DNA of 63,829 nucleotides, the filler included, from Rhabdomonas costata (Eukaryota), in the NCBI GenBank assembly GCA_019059605.1. It is 46 parts of 46 records of this genome, joined end to end, with 100 filler letters (N's around TTAATTAATTAA, not from the genome) between each part and the next. Parts side by side here need not be neighbours in the genome. Positions count along the whole stretch, not along the records: positions 36,134 to 37,423 come from JAHMHO010020481.1; positions 37,524 to 38,813 come from JAHMHO010020482.1; positions 38,914 to 40,203 come from JAHMHO010020483.1; positions 40,304 to 41,593 come from JAHMHO010020484.1; positions 41,694 to 42,983 come from JAHMHO010020485.1; positions 43,084 to 44,373 come from JAHMHO010020486.1; positions 44,474 to 45,763 come from JAHMHO010020487.1; positions 45,864 to 47,153 come from JAHMHO010020488.1; 38 more parts are not named here. The stretch is one strand, 5' to 3'. This document shows, in pieces, positions 36,134-48,219 of this stretch. Both the position numbers and the translations under genes were made by a program. Position 1 is the first letter of the stretch. Each line of letters opens with the position of its first letter. The notes under the pieces are model-generated. The model saw only the letters and a program-made list of their open reading frames with translations. It had not been told where the DNA came from and did no database searches.

Positions 36134-37240
36134 TTTTTAGATTAAGCTGGTCGGAAACCTCCGATGCAGTTGAGTGCCCTGAGGGCTGCATTGCGTGGCG
36201 GTGGTTGTGGTTGGAGTGGGTCTGCCCGCTGAACCCGCTGCGCGGGAAATGCAAGGAGAGAGCAGAGGCAAGGCAGTGCAATGCCGCTGCCTTCCGGGAT
36301 CCTGTGGTAGCTTCTGAAAGGGCTGAGAAGGCTGAGAATCTGGAACAGCTTTATCGGAGCCGGGCACGGTCTGCGGAGGAAACTGTGGCAGAGGTGGAAC
36401 AGCTGTGAGATGGTGCCAATGGTGCCGCACTGATACTGCGAAGCAGTGCAGAGAGTTCTCCAGCTGCCCCTGGAAGACGTGAGCATCGCCCAGATGGGGC
36501 ATATGTTTGCTGCCTGCTGTCCCCTTTTTGGCGAAGGTGTACGCTGGTGCCGTCGGCCTGAAAGACCCACGTGCACCGTACGCAAGCTTAAGGAAGCACT
36601 TGAGCATGGCGAAGTTGCGGGAATCGCGTACCTGTACAGGACATCAGCCAAGCGTGGGCTTGGTAACATTGCGATGCCCATCTTGGCGGCGGCTGAGCTG
36701 CGGACTGTTTCATCCGGTGTCTTTCACTTGCATACAATGTAAACGGGAGATAGACTGCCCCATGCGGTGGTGAAACTGCTGGGGGCTGCTTCTTTGGAGG
36801 ATGTGCGGCCGGTAACCTCTCGGCTACTCAAAAAGAACAGGCCCCGCTTGCCACTGCATGTGTGGGCTGTTCTGGTGGCGCAATTCCTGTGAACTGGGGA
36901 CCGCGAGCTGGAAGCAAAGGCGTGGCCCTGAGCAAGCTTTGTGCTGTGCCACGACTTGTTTGACCCTCCCACCCTGGGGGTTTGGGTCGGGTTGGTAGGG
37001 TTGGCACCAGGAGTGTCGGATGGCCTCGCCCTGCGAGCACAGAACAAGGGGTTTCTCCGCCCGCAGCCCCACTGAGCAACTCCTGCTGCCCGTGACGTCC
37101 GCCCAAGGGTTACGGCGGTAGGATACACCGTTCGCCCCAACCACGAAGGACTCCTCGTCCCCTGGTCCAACGTCCCCGGCCCAGGCGGGTGGAACGCACT
37201 CGTCACTTCCCTATGCTCCGCCGATGAGGAGATCACACTT
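36134..37240 (+). pseudogene. Intron-less decayed coding sequence of unknown family (pseudogene or mobile-element remnant)
   Basis: Long protein-like GC-rich frames (36205-36408, 36446-36742 and beyond) interrupted by isolated stops and frameshifts. Confidence 0.35.
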
Positions 37241-37243
37241 GCG

Positions 37244-37423
37244 CCCTAACCCTGGATAGCAAACCCCAACTCTGAGACCCAACCCTAGCAACCGTAACCG
37301 ATACGCCCACAGCCCCATCCCTATCAATGTTAACCCTTAGTCGCAACTCTCATAACCTAACCCCTGAGAACAAACCCTGAGCCCCAACCGTTACACCTCA
37401 TCCTCATCAGCCCACATCCCAAC
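37244..37423 (+). repeat. Degenerate telomere-like (CCCTAA)n tract
   Basis: ccctaaccctg, ccccaa, cccaaccctag, ccgtaa, cctaacccctg, ccctga: roughly 6-nt periodic and C-rich. Confidence 0.55.
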
Positions 37424-39363
37424 NNNNNNNNNNNNNNNNNNNNNNNNNNNNNNNNNNNNNNNNNNNNTTAATTAATTAANNNNNNNNNNNNNNNNNNNNN
37501 NNNNNNNNNNNNNNNNNNNNNNNTTGTGGTGGTCGTGATTCTGGAACCCTCCGCCCCATTTTATTTGCCAAGACCCCAAACATGCGAAGGCAATGTTAGC
37601 GCGTAAAAGGGTTCCAGAATCACGACCACCCTGCAAAGGTCCAGGTCACAAAGGTGTTCCTCATTACAGAGGTAGACAGCCTCAAGGTGTTTCCAGAGAC
37701 TAGTTTCCAGAGGTTTCATAGAGATTCCAGAGAGCCGACAAGGTGAGCCAGCTCATGGCCAACGCTATGTCAGGCTACCTATCCACAGCTGGGAGAGAGA
37801 GCAGAGCAGAGAAGGTCCAGGTGAGAAACGGATGGCCGATAGAGTGACAGTGGTGAAACACACCGGGTGAGACAGAGAGCCAGGCCACGGGATGGAGGCC
37901 GCATGGAAGGGGAATGCGTGCACACGACCCGACTGCGGCGATTCAGGTGGTATGTTTTCGGAGTTTTTCAGAGGAAGAAGGATGCATCCACAGCGTTTTC
38001 CAGAGTTTTCACAGGAGAAAGAGACAAGAAGACCGAGATTTCAGAAGATTTGTTTTACAGACGAGGCCTCAGCAGATGCAGGCGGAGAACACGGACAGTG
38101 TGGTGCGTTACACAGGGGCAGTTTGAAAGGTGATGGTCCCTTCTTTTGTCCAGGATTTCAAAATTTACGTTAGGTGTTGAAGAAATCCAAAACGTCGTCA
38201 GGTCGTTTGTTTTCCAGAGTGTTTTTCTCGTTGCTTTTCGACTTGTGTTGTTACAGAGGTGCCCTAAAAGAACTACAGCAGAGCCGCAGGCCAGAGCCGA
38301 TCGGATACCAGGAGGGCCCTGCAGAGGGTACAGATGGGAGGTGAGATGCACGTGTGGCTCTGGGGGGGCTGCTCTGGACACAGGTGTGGTCGAATTGTCT
38401 GGCCTTAGGGCTCACACCTTCTGGGCTGTGGAGTGGTTCCGCTTGGCGGGTCTCGCCGCTTATGCGTTTCCACGATCTCACAACCAAAGCGAAGGATGTG
38501 TAAGGGGCACACGACTGCACACACCCTGTGTAACTCTGCAGCGTTTCTATCCCCAGCACGCTCTGCAAACCCACCCCCATTCATTTGCAAATGCTGTGCC
38601 CCAAAAGGTTTCCAGATTCCAAACCGGCTTGGTGAAGGCAAGTGGCCGGCCACCCACCCCACAATTTCAGAAAGGCGACGCTCGAGGAAAGCAGCTCCAC
38701 AGCGACCCAGGGTTAGTGAAGAAGGGAAGCCACTGTCTAGGTGAGAGTCACCTAGGTAAGTCGGGGCAGCGCTAACCTTGTGCAAGCAAGGTCGTGATAC
38801 AGTCCAACGCAACNNNNNNNNNNNNNNNNNNNNNNNNNNNNNNNNNNNNNNNNNNNNTTAATTAATTAANNNNNNNNNNNNNNNNNNNNNNNNNNNNNNN
38901 NNNNNNNNNNNNNTGTTGGGATAATGATACTGTCGATGTTTGTATTCAGCCTCCTATCGATTTTGGACATCCAGCTATATCAGCTACCACATCACGTGTT
39001 GTGCGCAGCAAAGGGCTCTGAGGACTCTCGCCCTTTCTGCAATGAAATCGAAGGCGAACACAAGGCGGCGCCGAATGTCCTTGGGAATGTCAGACACCAC
39101 AGAACGTGTTCACATATGCTCACACACTTATCCTGCAGAATCCAGAGACTCGAAGCACTTGCAAAAGCAACACTCCCGAGAACCAACGCGAGTACCGTGG
39201 ATATCGTTGAGCACACCCACAACCTAGCAGATCTGCAGGGTCAGACCGATGGCGACCTGTGATGAAGGCAAAGGTCCGTCACAAATCACAGACATCAACC
39301 CAACGCACATCCAGACATGCACCTAATTTTCGAGTTAAACAATGGGACCGCGATTTTTGTTAG

Positions 39364-39530
39364 GTTTGAGGAGGCCTACCGCAGCGCTCCTCCCCGGGAC
39401 GCCGGGGGGCGCCCCTCGCACCCCGGTGACTGGCTGTGCTCCGCCTGCGGTGCCTCCAACTTTGCCCGGCGTTCGGAGTGCTACAGCTGTGGTGCCCCAG
39501 GAGGAGGGGGCCCGGCCCCGATGATGGGAG
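39364..39530 (+). CDS. RanBP2-type zinc-finger RNA-binding protein exon
   Basis: PGDWLCSACGASNFARRSECYSCGAP fits W-x-C-x2-C-x3-N-x6-C-x2-C; ag|...GGAG|gtctgc. Confidence 0.92.
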
Positions 39531-39849
39531 GTCTGCTATCTGCCCACCTCCTCACCGGTTCTCTCCTTGTCTCTGGGAATTGCACTGTTGCTCGTGGCAG
39601 GTCCCGACCTCTCCACACTTTGCTCCGGTTCACTGCAGAGCCCCCCCCCCGCAAGAATGATGGCTTTGGCCAAAGGTTCACAGCCGCATTCACACCCTGC
39701 CGCAAGAACGGCCCATCCCACCTCCACGTACACACGTGGGTGCTCAGACATGGGCAATCGCTTTTAATGTGCAAGACAACTTGTAATGTTTGAGGTCTTC
39801 TGTCTTTTCTCTCATGGACAGAGCAGTCTGTCTCTCGTCTTTGTGGTAG

Positions 39850-39891
39850 GCCCACGTGGACCTCCTGGGCCTGGGCGAGGCTGGGGAGGAG
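39850..39891 (+). CDS. Gly/Arg/Pro-rich mini-exon of the same RNA-binding protein
   Basis: 42-bp phase 1-1 exon GPRGPPGPGRGWGG; ggtag|...GAG|gtgtgc. Confidence 0.7.
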
Positions 39892-40617
39892 GTGTGCGTG
39901 GGTGTGCACAGCATGCGCATTGATCAATGGAACCTTTTTCTCGCTTGCTGTTCCCACTCCCCTTCTCCAAAAAAAATGACTTAGGAAGAAAGCAGATCAA
40001 TTCCACTTTTATTTGTCCTGGGGGTCTTTTCCAGTAGCACTCATCCCTCGAGAACTCATTCGCGTTTTTTCCTCGCCGTTTTCCGGTTTTCAGGGAAAAC
40101 GAGAAATCCCTGTGACTTGGCTTACCGGCCGCACCACTCGAGCTAACACCTGATTTAATTCTATTTCTGATCCCTTCTTTATAGTTGTGAGCCAACAAAA
40201 ACCNNNNNNNNNNNNNNNNNNNNNNNNNNNNNNNNNNNNNNNNNNNNTTAATTAATTAANNNNNNNNNNNNNNNNNNNNNNNNNNNNNNNNNNNNNNNNN
40301 NNNTTGTGTTGGGCGACCTTGCGGACTGGGATGATTGGAATTTTTATCCAAAACCTGAATAATCTATACCTCGTTTTTTATTACGATTTTCAAATATTTT
40401 TGCAAACCTTGGAACTTGATGCACTTCCTGTTAAGAATGAAATGGCTAAAAGGGGACCACGTGCATGGCGAAGAACTGTCCATAAGAAGATGAGGCTCAT
40501 CAGCGAAAACAACGGTTAGCACAAGGTCCTGCGAGAAATATCTGGGGGCAAACACAATGAAGTGAAACCAACACCGGCGGCGGGACTTCTGCTGCCGTCT
40601 CGGGACTCGGGAATGAC

Positions 40618-40683
40618 CTCCACGGCCTTGCTCACAGAGGACGCGCTGGGCCCGTCCTTCTTATCTTTTCCTTTCTTGGGCAT
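40618..40683 (-). CDS. Probable first exon of an unknown protein
   Basis: MPKKGKDKKDGPSASSVSKAVE|gtcatt; a phase-0 acceptor near 40529 continues DLVLTVVFADEPHLL. Confidence 0.45.
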
Positions 40684-41321
40684 CTTTTCGAGTAACAGCT
40701 CCGACAACGCAGAAAAAAAAGCAGAAAAAGCTACAAACGATTTCGAAACAAAGAATAGGAAAGTGACCAGAAAGGGACCTTTCTCGTACACACTACACGA
40801 TGAATCTTACAATGCTCGAAAAAAAAATCCGTCATTGCCCTCACGCTGACGGGTTGCAGTTGGACCGGTGGCAGTCCGTCCCTTCAGCTCTTCAACTGCC
40901 CCCTCAACTCCCCTGCGACGTGACTTGCCCTTTGACAATAGTCTCAGAGTTCAAGCAAGCAGGGGCGCTGTTGACCCCACCGATTTTGCGGGTGAAATAA
41001 CGGTTCCAAAAGCGACAGAAACCTAAAAAAAAAAGGAGGAAAACTTTGCCGCAAGAAGGTTGGGTAAAAATGCGCGAGGCATGCCATTAATTCCTGTAAC
41101 CCATTCCGCACACTCGGGAAAAAGAGCTAAAACTAAATGTACATATGACGACGGAGGCAACGACCAGGGCTCGGTGTACCCGGTGTACCCGGGCGTCACG
41201 GCATCACACTATGCAAGCACCAGTGGCTTTTCAGGCTTTCAGCTCTCAGATCAGAGAAAGTGCAGCGCCCAAAGCGACTTCCCCATCCTCTTTCGTCTGC
41301 TCAGTGTCAAAAATATAACGG

Positions 41322-41580
41322 TCATGGGACCAATGGCGCCCGACAGGGAGGCCGCATGGAAGGGGGGAGAGTACTCGCGTTCACCCAGGCCAGCTCCGTG
41401 CACGGTGGGCACCGCGGGTTGGGCTCCACGTGGTACAGCAGGAACCCCGCCGCCAGCATCCCCGCCCGAAGGTTCAAAACGTACTTCCGCATCACAGCGG
41501 CGTTGACCAGCTTCGTGGACCGGCCTACCTTGCTGATCCCGTGCAGCTCCATCAGGAGCACCCCCACGGGACCCCCCCCA
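41322..41580 (-). CDS. C-terminal part of a METTL24/Methyltransf_22-like SAM-dependent methyltransferase
   Basis: VGVLLMELHG...AGFLLYHVEPNPRCPPCTELAWVN resembles the QLLxExH...GFxLxxxExNPxC...CxExxWxN end of this family. Confidence 0.5.
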
Positions 41581-42338
41581 CCAAACACACCACNNNNNNN
41601 NNNNNNNNNNNNNNNNNNNNNNNNNNNNNNNNNNNNNTTAATTAATTAANNNNNNNNNNNNNNNNNNNNNNNNNNNNNNNNNNNNNNNNNNNNCCAAGTC
41701 AGAAAACAAATGGACCAAGCAAATGTTGCTTCTCAGCGGCATTACCGATTTTTATGCTTGCCCCCGGGTTGGCTGTGGTTTGACTTTTATTGGCAACTAC
41801 AACTCAGGTTCGCGATGTCGATCCGAGTAAGGCCACTGCGGCCTTCCAGATTCTACTGGACGCCGCTGAGCTTTGCAAGGCCCAACTCGCAGAAAAGGGT
41901 TTGCATTCCCTCCTCCCCATTCAATAACTTTCAGTAACAGCGGCGGTTTCTATTGTATAGAAAGCACGTTGGAGGTTAGAGATTCCCCCTCCCCTATTCA
42001 TCTGCGCAGAGGCTGTCGCGGTTGTCTGAGAGCCGTGTCCCAGAGATGGCGAACCCAATTCCCCAGAAAATCGATGGGGGAAATCGTTTGCTCCCTATCA
42101 CATCTGCCGCACTGCTGCACACCGCGCCTTTGTTTAGGTCTCCGGAATTTTCCTCCCCACAACCTTATGAAAGCATACTTCGGTAACCCTTCTTCGTGCC
42201 ACTCGTTTTCAGCCCTCTTGTGGTGTTTGGTAGATGCAGCTTTGGAGTCTTTTTGTTTCTGCTCCGCGAAAACGACGTGAGGAGATGACTTCTGTCCGAA
42301 TCTTGTGTTCCGTCTTGATGGGCCTTTCGCGTGTGCAG

Positions 42339-42523
42339 CAAAGCCTCAGAAGGCTGATCCGGGCCGCAAGCGGGGCGGCGGTGCTGCGAAGAAAGGCACC
42401 GCCGAAGCAGGTTCTCCGGCTCCACCTCCTAAGCCAAGGGCAGGGCGGGGGCAGAAGGCTGCAGCCAGTGAGACCGGATCTGGCCCCGTCGCTGCTGCAT
42501 CCTCGACCGAGCCCGTGGCGAAG
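42339..42523 (+). CDS. Low-complexity basic exon, unknown protein
   Basis: gtgcag|...AAG|gtgtgt; KPQKADPGRKRGGGAAKKG...PPPKPRAGRGQK. Confidence 0.55.
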
Positions 42524-43683
42524 GTGTGTGGGAGCAATGGAATGATTGGCAGCCTTTGTGAAATCATCGTGCCGAAGTGTCGCATGTGGTTACCTTCATT
42601 GCACTTGGCAATTTCTTAACTGAGAAAACGATATATAGGGGCTCCTCATTCCGGGGTTCGAGCAGACGCGTCTTTTTTGGGGATGCTCGATCATCCGTGC
42701 TGGTACCCTGAGGCCTTGTGCGGAGGTGTGCCTTGAGATGTCTTAGCGATCCATTTTGGGTTCAGAGGAAGCAAAAGACATCGCCATTCGGAGGGGAGGA
42801 GGCCATGCGCCACTTAAATCCCCTCGCCGCCAATTACTTCTGCTCATATCACCCCGTAAGTCTCTGATTTTCTTGCTGTTCTATGTTTCGTGGTGCTGTA
42901 CAGCTTTCCTCTTCTTCATGCTTTTCATGCACTCAGCCCGAAGGCCCCCCTGCTGCAACCCAAGTCCCACCACACCCAACACANNNNNNNNNNNNNNNNN
43001 NNNNNNNNNNNNNNNNNNNNNNNNNNNTTAATTAATTAANNNNNNNNNNNNNNNNNNNNNNNNNNNNNNNNNNNNNNNNNNNNTGTTTTCCCTTTTACTA
43101 GGTCCCAGGACGGTCTTTTTTGTGTGCTGAAGTGGAGAATATGGTGGGCTGTGGAGGAGTGGTATAAAAATAGCTCTGCCATTGCCTTTGCCTTTGGGGG
43201 TACCTTGTGAGGTGGAGTATAGCAAGCAGAAGCGGCGATTATGGGAGCTTCACTTACGAGCGGACGGGCGAGCGAGGGAGAGGTTTTCGAGGGGTGTGAA
43301 TCCACTGTACTCTAGTGTTTGGAAGCACCCAGTGGAGGACTCCAGGGTTTTTGCGTTGAAAACGACGTCTCTAAACGCTACCCGGGACCTACACGACGGA
43401 ACCGTGGCTTCACTTTGCGAAGCATCCGTGAACCGATGCCTGGTTGTGCTTTTGCGGTGCTTAGCAACAAGTTCTTTGCATCTTCCATGGCCAACTATTC
43501 CGCAACAAATTTTTTTTGAAATGCTCCCCCCATAGAACCAAAGATGCCAAAGATGGGATTTTCGGGGTCATTTCGGGGTCATTTCGCTCGGGTATGTTGA
43601 CCGTTGTTTTTGTGGAATAGTTTGGGCTGCCGACCTGTCGGGTTCTCCAAGGCTGTGTTGGCATATGGTAGTGGTAGCTATCC

Positions 43684-43750
43684 TGGTGGTGGTGGTGGTG
43701 GTGGTGGTGGCAGTAGTGGAATAATAATAATAAAAATAATAATAATAATA
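43684..43750. repeat. Adjacent (TGG)9 and (AAT)n microsatellites
   Basis: Seen directly in sequence. Confidence 0.95.
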
Positions 43751-44789
43751 GCCTTGTCTTAACCCAAGCTGCGGTCAACACAGAGCGCAGCACGCTGCAC
43801 GCAAAAAGGCCGAAGGTACTGATGCAAATCTCGTCATTTTTATGCCCCGGCCTGCCTCCTTCAGGATACGTCAGGATACGGCAAGGAGGGAGTACGACGA
43901 GAAAATGAGTCCAAAAGCAAAGTGTGTCAAGGACATCAGAAAGAGGAGCAATGGAAGTAGGCTACGCGGTGCACGGGCCACAAAAACCCTACCCCGGCGC
44001 CAATCATATTGGGAACCTGAAAACCTAGAAACCGTGTAGGCCAGCCATCTCACGCACAGCTATCCCGATGTTCAGCGACTTGGGCACAGTGCCCTGATCG
44101 CGAAGGATAACTTTTACAACTTCTACCTGCCAAGAGATGTGCATTCAACTCGGCAATCTTTACCACAAGCACGCGCCGCAAGAGGTGTGGGAGAACATGA
44201 AGGGCGCCCAACAGTCTTCAATAATTACCCCTCCCAATATCCGTGGACACTCATTCCCTGGATTCCTGCCTTTTTCTCGCCGCTCATGCGCTAAAAACGA
44301 TTTCGAAGGATTACGAAGCTGGACCGAAAAATGCACAGCAGAAAGAAAACACAACTGCCCTTACCCCAACCCCNNNNNNNNNNNNNNNNNNNNNNNNNNN
44401 NNNNNNNNNNNNNNNNNTTAATTAATTAANNNNNNNNNNNNNNNNNNNNNNNNNNNNNNNNNNNNNNNNNNNNGCGTGGTTCCACCTCGACCTCCTCAGC
44501 AGGGAACCAAGCGAAAACAAGAAGGAGCAGTCCCTCCTCCCTCCAGCTCACAGCAAGCGCGCCTTGAGCGTCTTACCAAGGCTCGGAAGCTCTTGGAGAT
44601 ACAGCACTCGCCGCCTGCCTCCTCCTCTTCCTCATCAACGAAAGAAACTGGTGGATCTGCCTCCTCTGAGACGGGATTGGGGCTTCTCCATCCGGGGGTC
44701 CTCACCTAACTCTGGTGAATGAGGTCCCTTGGCATTCGCTCACGCGGCATAGAAAGGGACCTCAACACCGAGCTCGCGCGGAACTTTAG

Positions 44790-45763
44790 CTTGGGATGTC
44801 AGAATTGGTGGGACAGGAGAGGCCCGGCTTCCTGAAACATTTATTTTGGGTACTCCACGTTCCTTGCTGCAACCTGTGGCCTTTCTGGCAAATTGCCTCG
44901 TATTGGCGGGGTGGGTATCCTCGGCCTTCCGCTTCTCGCTGGAGAATGTGGCCTATATCATCGACCTCTCCCCATATATCCTCTTCCACCACGAAATGCA
45001 CCTCCCACCTAACAAACGCCTGTCTCCTCTCTGGCGAGGTGGTTAGAGTTGCGTTCACCTGCATCTCAGACTGTGGCCGCCAAAGTTGGTGGTGCTGATA
45101 CCTCAAACAATTCAGCACTCCGGATCACAGTCGCTGAACTTGGCCATACTCCAAACACAGGTCGTTGTGGCAAATTTACCGAGTCACCTTTATCTCACGA
45201 AGTCAGAAACACTGTGCTTCCAGAAAACGTGGTATATCCGTAACTTATAGCATCTAAATCCATAGAAGAGCCACCAGCTGCGACAGTCTGGTGTAGGTGA
45301 CCTTCCGGAACTGTCAATATAACTTGGGGCTGGGATCTTGGTTTCCGAAAAAACTACAACGCTAATTCCATGGCCTCGTGCAGCTTACGCGGTGCTTGGA
45401 CATCACTTTAACTTGTATATTTCCTTCCAAGCCCCGAACGAACAAATACTGGTGCAACGGCTCGTTGTCAAACATTGTGCCATTATCAGAAAAATTCACG
45501 TAACAAACTGCTGGTGGTATAACTGGAAATTCACGTCCGTCATATTTAGCTGTTCCATCCTCCACACTACGTTGTAATCCCACGTCTGATGACACAGCCT
45601 TTTCTTTAACGTCTCTACAAAATCTTTCCAGTCGACAAAGGTCTGACCTGGCGCCACTATACCTCTTGCGAAGTAGCCAAGTGCTCCCGTGTGGAAACCT
45701 ATACCAACGTAATCTGGAAACCTCCGGACACCTTTTAGCTCTTCGACGATAATCAACCAACAC
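44790..45763 (-). mobile_element. Degenerate LTR-retrotransposon gag remnant
   Basis: DWKDFVETLKKRL...MEQLNM...YHQQF, a frameshift to YLFVRGL, then SSMDLDAI and an Arg/Gly-rich region; this is Ty3/Gypsy gag order. Confidence 0.65.
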
Positions 45764-45904
45764 NNNNNNNNNNNNNNNNNNNNNNNNNNNNNNNNNNNNN
45801 NNNNNNNTTAATTAATTAANNNNNNNNNNNNNNNNNNNNNNNNNNNNNNNNNNNNNNNNNNNNTGTGGGTGTGCCGTGGAAACCCAGAGGGCCTTCCAGG
45901 CCCT

Positions 45905-46057
45905 TGGCCTGGAAGGCCCTCTGGGTTTCCACGGCAGACACCCGCACGCAGCTGTTCAGAGTGCACCCCCCCATGACCAAGGTCCTGGTGCCGCAACTGA
46001 GCAATCGGTGTACCCACTCCGAGAAGCCGTTGGTGGGTGGCCACAGCACAGAGTTCC
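45905..46057 (-). CDS. Isochorismatase/cysteine hydrolase family exon
   Basis: catcag|GG AAC...; NSVLWPPTNGFSEWVHRLLSCGTRTLVMGGCTLNSCVRVSAVE fits GxxTLVxxGxxxNxCVxxxA with the catalytic Cys. Confidence 0.65.
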
Positions 46058-47460
46058 CTGATGGTGTGCCGCCAAGACATGTCCCGCATGCTCGCAAACA
46101 AGGTCGGGTTCTGGGGGGTTGTGGCTTGGACTGGTGGGTGATGGATTCAGTCTACTGAGAGGGTATATTGATAGATTAGACTTAACCATGCGAGGGACAA
46201 CGATCACGATGAAATTACTTTCACTTTGCGTACTTTCCTCAGCTCTCACAAACCTGGCTTGACAAAGTAGGGCTGAGAGCACGGTAAGCAGTCCTTCAGG
46301 GCATCGTCCCACTCGTAGCTGTGCGGAGGAAACGGGCACCTGCGGGCACAATGTTTGCACTTCTGCGTGTATGCGCTCGTGTTGATTGATAAGGAAACAA
46401 CCTTGCTTCGTCCGCGATGGATGTAATGGGTGCGAGTACCACAAAGAGGAATAGAGGGATCGGGTGCACCTACGCCACCTCATCGCTTTCACAAGAGATT
46501 TGCAAGTCAAGTGGTTTTGGATATTTCAAAGCAGAAATTTAATGTTTTCTGGTTCCTTCCATAAAAAGCCGAAGCTCCCTCCCCCTCCCCCAAGATGTTT
46601 TTACAAACAATTTACTCCAATCACCTTGTTCTCACATCGGGCGCCATCGGTGAGGCTGAAAACAGGACCAATCCAGATGGGGGGATGACCTCCTTAGGGG
46701 ACTCTAAAGAGTGTAGGGGTAAATGCAATTGGGGTGGGGCGCTTTAGGGTGAACAATTTCAAACTCACTTAACCAAAAACCTAACTCACTCGATTCGTAA
46801 TAATTCTTCACCTGGGGGCACTGCACAAATTACACCACAGCATACCTAACCCCCTGTGTTCGGAAAAAACAATAATAATACAAACTTAATTCGCTTAACA
46901 GAGAGAGAAAAACGGTTTGACCGTAACTGTAAGTAGGAGAGGGCGTCAACGTCCAATTAACGGTGTACGACCACTGGTCTCCAATAAATCGTCATTAGGG
47001 CGCGCGCACACACACACACTGAGCTGGGTGTGAAGGGAGAACACTGGTACGGTTATTGTCAGGCGCCAAGGTCGGCTCGAATCCATATCATGGTCTAACA
47101 CGCTGGTCTCGATTGGGCGTTAGGATGAAGGCAACTATGGCCCCAACCCCCCCNNNNNNNNNNNNNNNNNNNNNNNNNNNNNNNNNNNNNNNNNNNNTTA
47201 ATTAATTAANNNNNNNNNNNNNNNNNNNNNNNNNNNNNNNNNNNNNNNNNNNNCCCAGCGTTAAATGCTTAAACCCGCGCTTTCAATGTCTGGAACTTCT
47301 GGCAACTTCAACTTTATGCATTTGTGTTGCTCAGTTAGTTGGAAAGGCAGGAGTCAAGAGATACAAAAGGGCTCAAGTAAAAAGTCCAAACAGATGAAAC
47401 TTCTCCAGAAGAAATCCAGAGTGCCGAGGGTGCAATGCCGCTCTACGTGGGGGGTGACTT

Positions 47461-48219
47461 TCAGTCCTTCGCCAACTTGCCCTTCGCCGGAGCAGGCGCA
47501 GGCTCGTCTGGCGCGTCCTCCTCGTCCTCCAAGTCTTCTTGGTTCCAGTCCTCCGCTTCCTTGTTCCAGTCCTGCAGACAACGGAAAGCGACGAAGTCTT
47601 GAGGGCCATTGTTTCCTCTCATTCTGCCGACCTCCTGCCGTGCATCGATCGTCAGGGATCATCCCAGAAACAGGGGGGGGGGGGACAGAACCAGGATGAC
47701 AACTCTTTCAGCTGAGTTTACTGAAAGCCACTCAGCTTGACTGCATCTCTACGGTTTCTTGAAGGGTCCAATCTTGGGCTTTATTGACTTATGTTTTTGA
47801 GTGCCTGGGGACGACTCTCTCGTTGGACCTTTGCACTCCTGCATGCAGATCCCAACTTTCGGCTGGGGCGACCTTGCGCAAAACGAGCAGAGCATAGCTG
47901 CACTTGATGCTGGCACCAGAGTGGGCCTGTATCTGCCCTCGAGCAACTGTCTTTTTGGGTGCTGCCAGCCACACAGAAAATTCCCTTGGGCAAGATAACT
48001 GAAAACTTGTTCGTATCTCCGACATAGCGCATAAGAGCAGGAGCCAGATGGTATGTGTTCGAATGATATTGCATCTTCGAAATACAAGTGTGAGCGTGAG
48101 CTCAGCCCAAAGAGAGAAAGAAAGGTGAGGGCGCAGGGAAAAGGGAGGATCCCCCCCTCAGACAAAGCGTTCAGGCACACCTCATCCAAGGGATCCTCCT
48201 CAGACTCCGCGGCCTCGGC
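47461..48219 (-). CDS. Last two exons (48181-48219, 47461-47571) encoding an acidic C-terminal tail
   Basis: Phase-0 exons AEAAESEEDPLDE and DWNKEAEDWNQEDLEDEEDAPDEPAPAPAKGKLAKD-stop with AG/GT borders. Confidence 0.65.
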
